Position numbers and translations under genes: made by a program. From positions 45,446,001 through 45,510,000 of the forward strand of contig CM060733.1 in the NCBI GenBank assembly GCA_030704615.1: a stretch of DNA of 64,000 nt, written 5' to 3'. Positions within the stretch are counted from its first letter, which is position 1. Every line of letters starts with the position of its first letter. Under the pieces are notes generated by a model, which made no database searches, had not been told where the DNA came from, and worked only from the letters and a program-made list of their open reading frames with translations. This document shows positions 1 to 10,800 of the stretch, one piece after another. The DNA comes from Takakia lepidozioides. Its lineage: Eukaryota > Plantae > Bryophyta.

Positions 1-490
1 CAAAGGCAGATTGAGGTGTTGATCCAGCAAGGGAAAATAAGGGAGAGTTCCTCGGAATATTCATGCCCTGTCACCTTTGCTCCAAAAAAAGATGGCAGCA
101 AACGATTTTGTGGAGACTTTAGACCATTGAATGCACAAACCAGACGAGACTCGTATCCAATGCCACTGGTGCAGGATGTACTACAGCAGCTTGGAAACTC
201 GCAATGGTTTACGGCATTGGACTTACAAAGTGGGTTTTGGCAGATAAGGATGAAGGAGGATGATATCAAGAAGACAACAATCATAACAAAGAAGGGACTT
301 TACGAATGGCTTGTCATGCCTTTTGGTTTAAAGAACGTGACCATAAGCCACTAGAGTGGCTGGCCACTGTAAGTGATGCTTACGGAAGGAGGGGCAGGTG
401 GATCATGATGCTACAAGACTTTGACTTCAAGATCCAACACAGGCCAGGTATGAAGCACAGCAATGTAGATGCCCTCAGTAGATTTCCAGT
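1..490 (+). pseudogene. Ty3/Gypsy pol fragment: RT N-half joined directly to the RNase H C-end (internal deletion)
   Basis: ORF 16-354 has gypsy RT motifs (SSSEYSCPV..PKKDGSKRFCGDFRPLN, LDLQSGFWQI, VMPFGLKN). It jumps at ~337 to DHKPLEWL..RWIMMLQDFDFKIQHRPGMKHSNVDALSR. The YxDD region is missing. Confidence 0.92.
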
Positions 491-968
491 GGAAAGGAAG
501 GAAGAGAGAGTTGACCCAAATATTTTCTTCAACAATCAGCATGCAACAATCAAACAGAGAGTGATGGGAAGAGAATCTTATCTTGAATTGGAGATTACAT
601 TCACTGCAGGGATAGCTCGGGCAATGTTGATGAGAGTAGAGGGCACTGACAGCACTATAATAGCCATACATGAGAGAAGGGTTATTGACAACAAGATAAG
701 AGAGGCAGAGGTGCATTACTATCTACTGGTTTGGGCTCTTTGGCAATAAAAAAAAAAACTAACTGGTGTACTTTTCAGAGTCAGGACTGACTTGAGGCCC
801 TTGGTATGGAGAGACATGGGAAGAATCAAGGGAACTGACCTTATGATAGGTTTTGATTTTGAGCTAATCAACACGAGTGATCAAAAGACCAAGAAAGAGA
901 AAGAGCATGTAGTAGCACAAAGCAGCTACATTGATGAACAGCGAGAAAGCAAAAAATAAATAAATAAA

Positions 969-2584
969 ATGAGGTTTGAGCTACTGTTGGGGGTCAATAC
1001 TATACAGCATGAGAGAGATATGTTTGAGTTCATTACTGAAGAAAAGAGAGACAGAGAAAGGATGAGTGATGAAAGGCAAAACAGAAAAGGGACAACAGAG
1101 GACTTAGCTTTTGAGTTGAGTGGCGAAGAGGAGATTTGTATGAAGAACCAGCGAATGAAAATGAGTACAAAGCAAGTTTGTCCTACACTACTCCAACAAA
1201 GGGATCAGCCAGTAGAAAGTGCAGCAAAAACAGGGAAGAAACAGCCTAAGGGTGAAGCAACAAACGAAGGAGAAATTGATACCACCACTGGATCTGAGGA
1301 GGAGTTAAAAGGCATGAGCAAAGGAAGGGAAGTAGAGGAAGAACACTTATTTTTTGTCAGGCTGACTAAAAGCAGCGGTAAAGGGCAAGATCTGCAAACA
1401 AAAGAGACACCATTGGGTGAGAAGGTGAATGAGGATAAGGAGTGGCCACTGGAGAAACGAAGGTGGTTAAAAGGAGGAGGCAGCCATGAAGCTAGCCGTA
1501 TCGAGGATGAACAAAACAGCAGAAGGGAGCAGGATCAAAGAAAGACGCCAGAAGACCTAGCTGTTTTCAGGTGTGGCAACGACAATGAGAAGAGCTGCGG
1601 GTGGCAGGCTGTAAGAATTCATCAAGAAGGAGGGCTGACTCAGTCTGTGACTAGGCCAAGGACGGGAGGACAGCACGCCAATGATGACAAGCAACAGGTG
1701 AGATCTGCACTTGTGACAGAAGGGGACCAGGATGCACCACTAAGAGTGTTGGGAACACTGGAAGCATCTTGGTGGAATAACGAGCAAGACAAGGTAGTGA
1801 AGCAAGGGCGTGACATAAAGCTTTCAGGTAAAGGCACAACGAGAAGAAATGGGACAGGGCCACCAGGATACAGCCTGCACAAGCAAAGAACGCGTGTCAA
1901 ACAATAGCAAGGAGTGTGGAAACAGAAGGAGATCAGCTTCTGATTGAGATGACAACAAACAATGACACTGGGGGTGGTGAGAAAGAGAGAAAGAAGTTGG
2001 AAAGCTTGGCTGTTTGCAGGCCAACAGAAAACAGCAGAGGACAACAAGATTTGCAAGCAAAAGTGCCACAAGTGGGTGAGAAAATGCATCCAGTACAAAA
2101 CAAAGGGAAACAGAGGGAAGGTCACAGTGTTTCAGAGGGGATGAGCAAAAGAGAAACAAGTGGCAACTGGAATCAGGAAATAAACAAGTATGCTAAGTGG
2201 CGTACAAATGCATGGAAGGACTTAGTTGTGCCAAGGAGGTTTGACAACATTAGATGCGAGAACAAACTGCCAGCAGTAAGGGTTCATCAAAAGGAGGTCA
2301 GCTTCAAAGAGGAGGTAGAAATTCGAATAAACGATGGAGAAACTGTGGACAGCAAAACATGGGAGTGGAGTAATGAAGAAAAGGGAGATGCAACACAAGT
2401 TGGCCTAAAGTGGATAGTGAAAATGGAAAGAGAAGAAGGTGATGGACAGGCGGATGAAGGGAAACTTACCAAGGTAAACGAGGTGTGGAGAAAGCCAAAG
2501 CGAGGGATCTGCAGCAGTGATGGAACACTAAAAAAGGAGCCAACCCCTATCAGAACAAGGAAGTTAGAACAACGATGCGCCTAA
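969..2584 (+). other. E/K/Q/G-rich interrupted ORFs between RNase H and integrase (expanded pol linker)
   Basis: ORFs 969-1907 and 1916-2584 lie on the pol strand, are purine-rich and show an internal ~660-bp similarity. Confidence 0.55.
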
Positions 2585-2600
2585 GGAAAAAGACAATTGG

Positions 2601-4140
2601 ATGCATCAGCAGGAACAAATCAATGAAGAAGATGAACACGACACTACTGAAGACAATGAAGAATGGGGGCAGGGGCAAAGGGAAGAGTTCTCCCTGAATT
2701 CCAAGGATAGTGGTGAATCAGGAGAGGAGCTACAATCACAGGAAGAAGAAGAGTTATTGGCCATCACAGTGAGTAAGAGAGGAAGTCCTATAACAAAAGA
2801 GATGCAAGTTAGTCTTTTGCAAGCAGCAGAGCAAAACCAATGGGAGTGTGAAGATACTGAAGAAAGAAATGAAGAAAACAATGCGGACATATTGGATGAT
2901 GTGCAGGCTATGCACATGATCACCTTTGGACAGGCAGATAACTACCTTGATAGTAAGGAGATCAAACGAATCAAGAAATGGACAGCAGGTTATCAACAGG
3001 TGAAAGGGAGGCTCACTTTTAAAGGCAAATGGGTACCAGAGAAGAAGGAGCGGGAGCGGATTATTCAAGACATCCATGAGGAAATTGGACATTATGGCGT
3101 TAGAAGAGTACACAACGAGGCGTGCAAGCGTTTTTTTTGGCACAATTGCACAAGGATCATCAAACAAGTACTCAAGACATGTGTGCAGTGTCAGATGGCC
3201 AAGACTTATATTCCTTTGAGGTCAGGAGCAAAGGAATTACAAAGCATACCTGTCAGGGACATCTTCTATCGAATTGCGTTAGACACAGCAGGGCCACTTC
3301 CAGTCTCGAGTGACGTCAACAAATATGCTTTGATTGCAATAGATCACTTTTCGAAGTGGATTGAAGTAGCTGCCGTGGCTGAACATACCTCAGAGCTGGC
3401 CAGTCGTTTCTTTGAAGAACAAGTGATGTACAGGTATGGAGTGCCGCATGCAGTGCTTACTGACCATGGATCCGAGTGGGTGAAGGAGTTCGAAGCGACA
3501 TGTACAAAGTTTGGAGTCAAACACGAAAGGTCAGCGCCCTACTGGCCTCAATGCAATGGGATGGTGGAGCGGTTAATTCATTCTCTCAAAGAAAGCATGC
3601 TAGCTCTAAGTACACAAGGTAACAAGAAATGGGATAGAGCACTCTTCAAGGCGGCTTTTGGGTATCGTGTGGGAATTCAGGCATCCACAGGTCTATCACC
3701 ATATATGGTGCTCACAGGAAGAACGATGAGGTTGGGTATTGACAATCGACTTCGACGCATTGGTGAGTTGGTGGACCTCAATGATGATCAAGCATCAATG
3801 CAACAGATGATCGAAGGCAAGATACAAATAATACATGAGCTAGAAGAGGCATTGAAGGACAGTGTTACTGCTGCACAGGGAGCACAACAGAAAGCATACA
3901 AGCAACGACATAGATATGGAAAGGGACTCATAGAATTGCAGCCTGGTGAGCTCGTGATGATGATCCGACCAGGGAAGAAGCGAAATTTAGAATCGTCTTG
4001 GGAGGGACCATACAGCCTACGTGACAAACACCAAGAAGGATCAAGGAGTGAGGCAGATCACGTTTGTGTATTGCAGGACGGCGGAGGAAAACAGTGGAGC
4101 AGATCCTGATGTGATTTAAAGATACTGCAGGTGGAGTGAA
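2601..4140 (+). CDS. Ty3/Gypsy integrase
   Basis: HHCC finger (HEEIGHYG...CVQC), DDE core (IALDTAGP, LTDHGSEW, NGMVER) and GPY motif (WEGPY). Confidence 0.95.
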
Positions 4141-5429
4141 CGTTGTCCGGAGGGCCAGACAGCTAAAAAACGGAGTACTTACACCTGTAGGTCGAAATGA
4201 GGTGATGAGGAAAACACGGAAGGCGTGCGAGAAACAGACAAAAGGATGCTAAGGTTATGGGGTGCTGGGAGATGAAAGTGTGATCTATCATTGGAGTTAA
4301 CAGGATGAAGTTGACAAATTTTCATCAGCGGATGGACAGTGAGAAAATTGGATGGTAAAACAGGGATGAGATAGCCAATTGGTATTAGTGGATGGATGAC
4401 GAGCTGGCAGGATAACAGGCTGGATTCTTCATCACGTGGGATGACACTGCAGGAATGAGACAAAAGACTCAACGGTGATTTAGTGGGCAGAGCGGCCACA
4501 ATAATATTAGCTAGGTGGCACATAGACAAAGGATGGATAGAAAGAGGTACACGTCGCCTTAAGATGTATTTAGCAAAATAACCAGGCCAGTGGCACAGAG
4601 GGGGATAATACCCGGTGGCCACTAAATCCTTAGGCCTGAAGTTGCAGCAAATTAAGTGTGGGGTCTAGAGATTAAATGATCACGTGAAGTGGCGGCATAG
4701 ACAAAGACCAAAGTTATGATCAGGTGAAGTATAAAACAAGTGGTGGCGGATAGTCATCCCCTTTTGATTTTGGTACTAGCTTACGTTTTCTTATGGGTAA
4801 AGAAGGGGATTATGATGATTCAGGAGGGGACTAGAGGAGCTTCAGTGTGAAGTAGAATGACTCTAACATAGAGATGGGGTTACGATGGTTAGAAAGTGTT
4901 TTGTGAGACCCAACTATTAGGCATCTAAGCATCTGATTCATGTTTACAAAAGATGTCAAGCTGCAGGCTTAGCTAGCATACATAATACAGGTTGTGGACT
5001 AAGAAGGGTGAACTGATGCCAGCATGTAGTGGGATAGTTCCTCCATGCACTTCTCTGCAAAGCCAAGTCAAATACAGGTGTTAATACGGGAGTAAGGCAT
5101 GAACACTACAGGGCGAAAGTGAACATCACGACAGACCTCGTGCGAATGGTGAAAGGTGCAAAGACAGAGATCAAAGCGAATGAAGTAACCAAGTTCAATG
5201 GCATTTGGCTACACTCCAGGGATCATAAGTAGAAGAAGACGAACAATGTGTCTAGGAAATTCTTAATGACGAATCTCCATTTGTGCCAGGTTTTCTCTTC
5301 CGTTGCAGCCTGGAATAAATGGCGGACTGACTGGATGGATTGTCATGAGTTGCAGGCCCCTACTTTTTACTTACAGGGCCTGCATTCCACTTTTTGGCAC
5401 GTTTTTTCCCACAATTGTCGTCCGCTAGA

Positions 5430-6165
5430 GACAAATTCCGTGCCGGTTTTCCATCCGGCCGCCCTCCCGCTTACCTCCTACATGGAAATTCGGCGTTGGT
5501 TTTCCATCCGGGGATGTTCTCTGTCGGCCAGGTGTCGGCCTCTCCCCCTGGGCCGACTTCCTCCGGGCCTCGGATGGAAATTCAGCGCCGTTTTTCCATC
5601 CAGGGGATGTTCTCTGTCGGCCAGGTGTCGGCCTCTCCCCCGAGACGACTTCGTCCGGGCGGTCTCGGATGGAAATTTGGCGCCGTTTTTCCATCCGGGG
5701 GATGTTCTCTATCGGCCAGGTGTCGGCCTCTCCCCCCGGGCCGACTTCCTCCGGGCGGCCTAGGATGGAAATTCGGTGCCGTTTTTTCCATTCGGGGGAT
5801 GTTCTATATCGGCCAGGTGTCGGCCTCTCCCCCGAGACGACTTCATCCGGGCGGCCTCGGATGGAAATTTGGTGCCGTTTTTTCATCCGGGGGATGTTCT
5901 CTGCCGGCCAGGTGTCGGCCTCTCCCCCCGAGACGACTTCGTCCGGGCGGCCTCGTTTGGAAATTCGGCGCGATTTTCCATCCGGGGGATGTTCTCTGTC
6001 GGCCAGGTGTCGGTCTCTCCCCCCGAGCTGACTTCATCCGGCCGGCCTCCGATGGAAATTCGGCGCCGTTTTTCCCATCCGTCCATAACGTCTTGGCCGG
6101 AGGGAGCGCCACATTGAATCCTACTTTATCCGCTCGATGGAAATCCGGCGCCGTTTTTTCCATCC
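5430..6165. repeat. Tandem array, ~95-bp unit, each with hairpin GGATGGAAA-ttcggcgccgt-TTTTCCATCC
   Basis: GGAAA box starts at 5484, 5576, 5671, 5767, 5863, 5959, 6054 and 6139, plus a degenerate copy at ~5430. Confidence 0.95.
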
Positions 6166-6675
6166 AGTGGGCTAATAATAAATTCTCGGGGGGACGGTGG
6201 GCCACGTGGGGTCTGCGGCCGACCTCCATACCTCTTTCATTTGAGGGCGCAGTTGCGCATTAAATGTCCTCCGCCGTCAGTTTTGAACCGGATAATCCGC
6301 ACGGATTCCGCCCTTGCTTCCCGGATACGCCAACCCTAAACCCGGATGTGACGGGTGGATGAAGTTCCACTCGCGGCCTGTACGCATGCATTTTGCGGTT
6401 GATTTTTTTTTTACAGGGACTTATGCCGCGTGGAGAAGGGCATGGCTCTCCTGAGAGAAACCCCACATGTAGACTGCGGCGCAAACTGAAGCCTTTGTAC
6501 TACGGGCGGCGTCCAATGTCTCGCATGGCCAAACTGAAGCTCCAGCAGGAGATCCCCTTGTCTTGCTCACAGCCCGCGCCAACTGAAGCCGAGCACACTC
6601 AGGCAAGCCCCCTCCTCTTTCGCTTTCTGTATCATTTGTTGTCTTCTTCGCTTTGTTTTGTTTGTTTTGGCATCT

Positions 6676-7402
6676 TCGCACACCTCACTTCGGTAAGCTC
6701 CCCTTCAAGTCATAGTTACTCACTTTGATGCGCGCGCCTAACTTCCAACCTGGCCGCCTGGGCCAACTTGGAGCTTCGGCTGCTCACCGGGACATAACGG
6801 TCCCCCTTCCCTCTTCCAAAAGACCCTCCACCTATTTGGGCCTAGTGGAAATTCCCTTTGGTATATGGCAGTCCGGAATAGCTCCCCACTCCTTGGTCGC
6901 TCTCCGGCCCGCTTGCTTATTCACTAGTTTTTGGTCACCAACGGGCTTGCACCGTTCTCGGGGTTACTACTCCCTATATATACTTTTGTGACTGTCCGCG
7001 GGGGTTTCACAAACAACCATGCCATTTTATGGCGAACCACCACGAAGACCCTCGATTCCCGGTGATGTGTCACAGTGAGTCTTGGCCCACCTACCACGGC
7101 CCCATTGGACCGTGATGAGTCCCAAGACTCCCCACGATTCCCACCACAAGGTCTCCGCCCCATGGTGAGTCCTATGCCACCCCCACTAAGTCCCGCTAAG
7201 CTACCACCACCCCTTGTGGAGCCATCCCCACCGCAACCCGGTGTGCGGGGCTCCACCTAGTGAGCGCCTCCGCCTCCTTGAGTGCCTTGGGCACTCAAGG
7301 GTGCTTCAGCCCCCCATACCTATCGCTGCCACTGCCCCCACCATAGGGGCAGCCCCTCCTGTGTCCCGACCCCCCTTGCCCTCAAGGCAAAGGGTCGCGA
7401 CA
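6676..7402 (+). mobile_element. Solo LTR (~725 bp)
   Basis: Homologous to the reverse complement of 49777-50498. Ends ...GGTCGCGACA, has an internal TATA (ctatatata, ~6975), and has lost its 5' TG. Confidence 0.85.
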
Positions 7403-7850
7403 TTCAGCCTGCCAGTCCTGCAAGTACATGCAGCTCTGGAGAAGGCTGCTTCTGCATGTGATTGTTAGGCATTGCTTGGGTTTGTTTTCATTGTTGGTCC
7501 ACGATTGTTGCAATGCTGGTTGCGATGATGGTTTTCATTGCGATGGTGGTTCTCACGATTGTTGGGGATGACAGAGTGAAGACGAGCGCGACACACTAGT
7601 GGTATCATCAACAGCTCCAACTGCTCGAGCAGTCACTCCAAAAGCCGCTAGTCTTCAATCGCAGTCGGAGAGTCGTCGGCAGCAGTCGACGGAGCTGGTG
7701 GTTCGCATGTTTGGATTGCCCAACTTGGGGCGGGAGGGCAAACAAAATCTTGCTCCTGCAGTTGGTGGACGGGAGGGCCTGCAGCGAGAGCACGCCAGAA
7801 TAGGCATTCGGGAGGTTGGTACAGGCGGCATGGCAGGTGAAGGGTGACGG

Positions 7851-10800
7851 ATGAGGACAGCACATGCAGTAGGGCCCGCCCACGCAAAGAAGAAGAAGAA
7901 AGCCAAGCACATGCAATCCCTGGCGAGAGAGCCGTCACAGGCTGCGGAGGGGGGAGTGAGCAAAGTGCGCGAGGGTGTCAGTTCGCCTCAATCAAAGGTG
8001 CACATCCTAGAGGCCTCCCCTGCTGCTACCCCTAGTAAGAAACAAAAGGCCCGTGAGAGGGCAAAAGAGAGGGCAAAAGAACAGGCGAGACAGAAGGCTA
8101 GCCAGGAGGCAAGAGAAAAGGCCACTGAAGAGGCCAGGGGTGTCAAAATGACAGATGCCCATGTAAGCGAGGGACACACAGAGACGGTGGATCCCTCCAA
8201 GACACCAGAAATAGGCAGTAGCACACCGGCTGCATCCTTACCGGTTACACCATCGCGGGTGGGAGCAGCCCCCGCAACTACCCATACGGTGGAGACTGGA
8301 GGAGGGGAAAGAACACCACAAAGAGCACGGATTGTGGGAGTTCGAGGTGAAGCCGCGGAGAGGGCAGTAGAGACGGGGAGAGTGCTCGAGGTGCTTCCGC
8401 CGGTGGTTGCCCATGTTGAGGACGACGAGAGGGAGCTTTCTGACCAGGGTGACATCCTCCCGGACATCCCCAGGCCCCAAACCCGCATCATACAGGCTGG
8501 ATTTGGCGGTCCTGGTGGGCTGCCGGAGAACCCCTCTGCAGCAGACGTCATGTCGGAGACGGATATGAAGTTGGCCACTGCCAAGATGTTGGAGGCAACC
8601 CACAACAACATTGGCAGGGTGTTGGGGGGCATGGTGTACCCGGCCAAGCTTCGGATTCCCCTTTGTCGTTTGGTGTCATTGCAGGTGGTGAGACCTGCCC
8701 TCCCAGGCGATATCGACAAGCTGAAATTCTCTTTCCGGGAGGGATATCGAATGGGGTCTGCCGCGTTTTACGTTTCTATTGAGAACGATCACGGATCTTC
8801 TCGTGCCCACACTTCCGATGAGGTGGACAAATGGGGTCCCCATTGGCAAAGAAGAAATGAGGAGTTCGAGAGATTGATTGCTACTGATCCTCTTTTCCAG
8901 CACTTGTCCGCAAAGATGTTTTACGTGTGAGATGACAATCATCACCTCCTGGCATGGATGGAGTACATAGCCCAAGCCCATCCCAACGACCATTTCGTCA
9001 TGGAGTGTGTTGTGTTGAAGGTTGCACGGCTCAAAGATCGCAGTCTTCTCAAAGATGCAATGGCAAACATCAACTCGTAAGTTCCAATGCCTCTTGCTTT
9101 GGAACTTCGAATTTGAAACATTCATTTCATTGCCAATCGTCATATTTGTTGCAATTTCTCATTTCAGTATTTTTTAATGGAAATGTGGCATTGCAAGGTG
9201 ACTGAGAATGCCTTCATTGCCACCAACTTGTCCATATGCTCTTCCGAGTGAAGGATGTCGGGAAGCAGGGGGTGCAAGAGTTTTCCAATTCGCTCAGTGC
9301 CGACCTCCTGCGCAAGTCGGAGGCAAAGACAGACATAACCTGGTATAGGCTGAGCATGGACGCCATGGTGGACTACATATTTTGGGTAAAGCTCCTAACT
9401 GTTTTGTTCAAGTAATCTGTCTCTCCTCCCCCAATAGAAGAAAAAGTGTTGACCGGGATTTCTAATTTTATGTGCTCATTCTTGACAGACGAAAATTCAG
9501 TAGGATTTGGCACATGCGCGGAGGTTCTATATGGAGTCAGAGGAGAAGAAACTAACCCTTCCCGACACTGGAATCGTATCTCAAAGCTGTGGAGGCGAAG
9601 GCCCGCATAAAGTACAAGTCGCAGATGGTAAAGTACGTGGCCATAGCTAATCCCGCCCTTGGTGCCGACTTTTCTGGTGGAGGTGGGGAAGCACTACTCC
9701 CGCGCTCTTAAGCCCACGATGACATTGGAGAAGCTGCATCGTCTAGCCACATCCTGTGTGGATGCAACAGAAAAGGTTATACATTCTTAACCAAATTGTC
9801 GAGGAACAATTCGTTTTTGTGGTGTTTGGCGTTTAGTAATATGTTGGGTGGTTGGACAGACCCGGTGGCTCCAAATCTGGAATGGTTCCCAAAGTACAAG
9901 GGATATGTGGAGCTTCCCAAAACCCGACAAACTGTCTGACCCCACATTCGACATGTGGATGAACCGCATGACATGGTGGTTTCAGGTACTTTCCCACTCA
10001 TTTGCCGGTTCTACGCTTGTACCGGGTGGATTTACTGTATTTTTTTTTAGGAAAGCGGTCTGATGGAGAATTTCCACAGGTGACGACGAATGCGCAAGAG
10101 CAGCTTGACACACAAGCACATCAATTCAAGCTGGAGATTTCTGGTGAAGCAGAGAGCCTACGCGACTATGTGACGAGGTACTTTCTGCTCTACAAAACCA
10201 ACCTATTCTTTCGAGAGATACCCCATGCCCGTCGGAGCCACGAGTTCAACGACCAGCCGAATGCGGACAAAGCGGCAATGTGCCTTCTGTACAGGTACAT
10301 ACGCGATGCCTTTCTTTTTAGTCCCTACATTTCCAGGATGTAAGAGGCCTTATGTGGCGCATGAAAATTAGTTGTGAAGAAGTCCTTGGAAAAATGGCGC
10401 CAAATTTCCTGATTCGGGCCCTGGGGGATGGCTGTCCAGGGGGTGGCTGGCACTCAGTCTGGAAATTCAGCGCCATTTTTCCAGTTCCAGGCCCAGTCAG
10501 ATATGGGACTTAACCATTTTCGGCCCCAACCTGGGAAAATGGCGCCGAATTTCCAGTTCAGGGCCCCAAAAATGGCTAAGTCCCTATGGTGGCTGACACC
10601 GAAACTGGAAATTCGGCGCCATTTTTCCAATTCCGGGCCCAACCAGTTTTGCGACTTAGCCATTTTCGGCCCCAACCTGGGAAAATGGCGCCGAATTTCC
10701 AGTTCAGGGCCCCGAGAATGGCTAAGTCCCTAGGGTGGCTGGCACCGAAACTGGAAATTCGGCGCCATTTTTCCAGTTCCGGGCCCAACCAGTTCTGGGA

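Larger units (their letters stand above)
5290..7468 (+). pseudogene. Fragmentary spliced gene of unknown function upstream of the ParB-MTase gene
   Basis: Exon-like blocks with splice-like borders: 5290-5400 (VFSSVAAWNKWRTDWMDCHELQAPTFYLQGLHSTFWH), ~6263-6379, ~6417-6602 and 7408-7468. The 95-bp array and a solo LTR lie in its putative introns. Confidence 0.3.

Noticed and set aside
5430-6165. CRISPR-like array (palindromic repeat at regular spacing); also considered for the 10.4-kb and 62.6-kb arrays
   Set aside because: The sequences between boxes are near-identical copies, not unique spacers. No cas genes are present and the context is eukaryotic.
5394-6263. Many overlapping ORFs over the repeat arrays (also 10428-11143, 15242-15946, 62369-63106)
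   Set aside because: These are artefacts of GC-rich, stop-poor repeats that are open in several frames on both strands.
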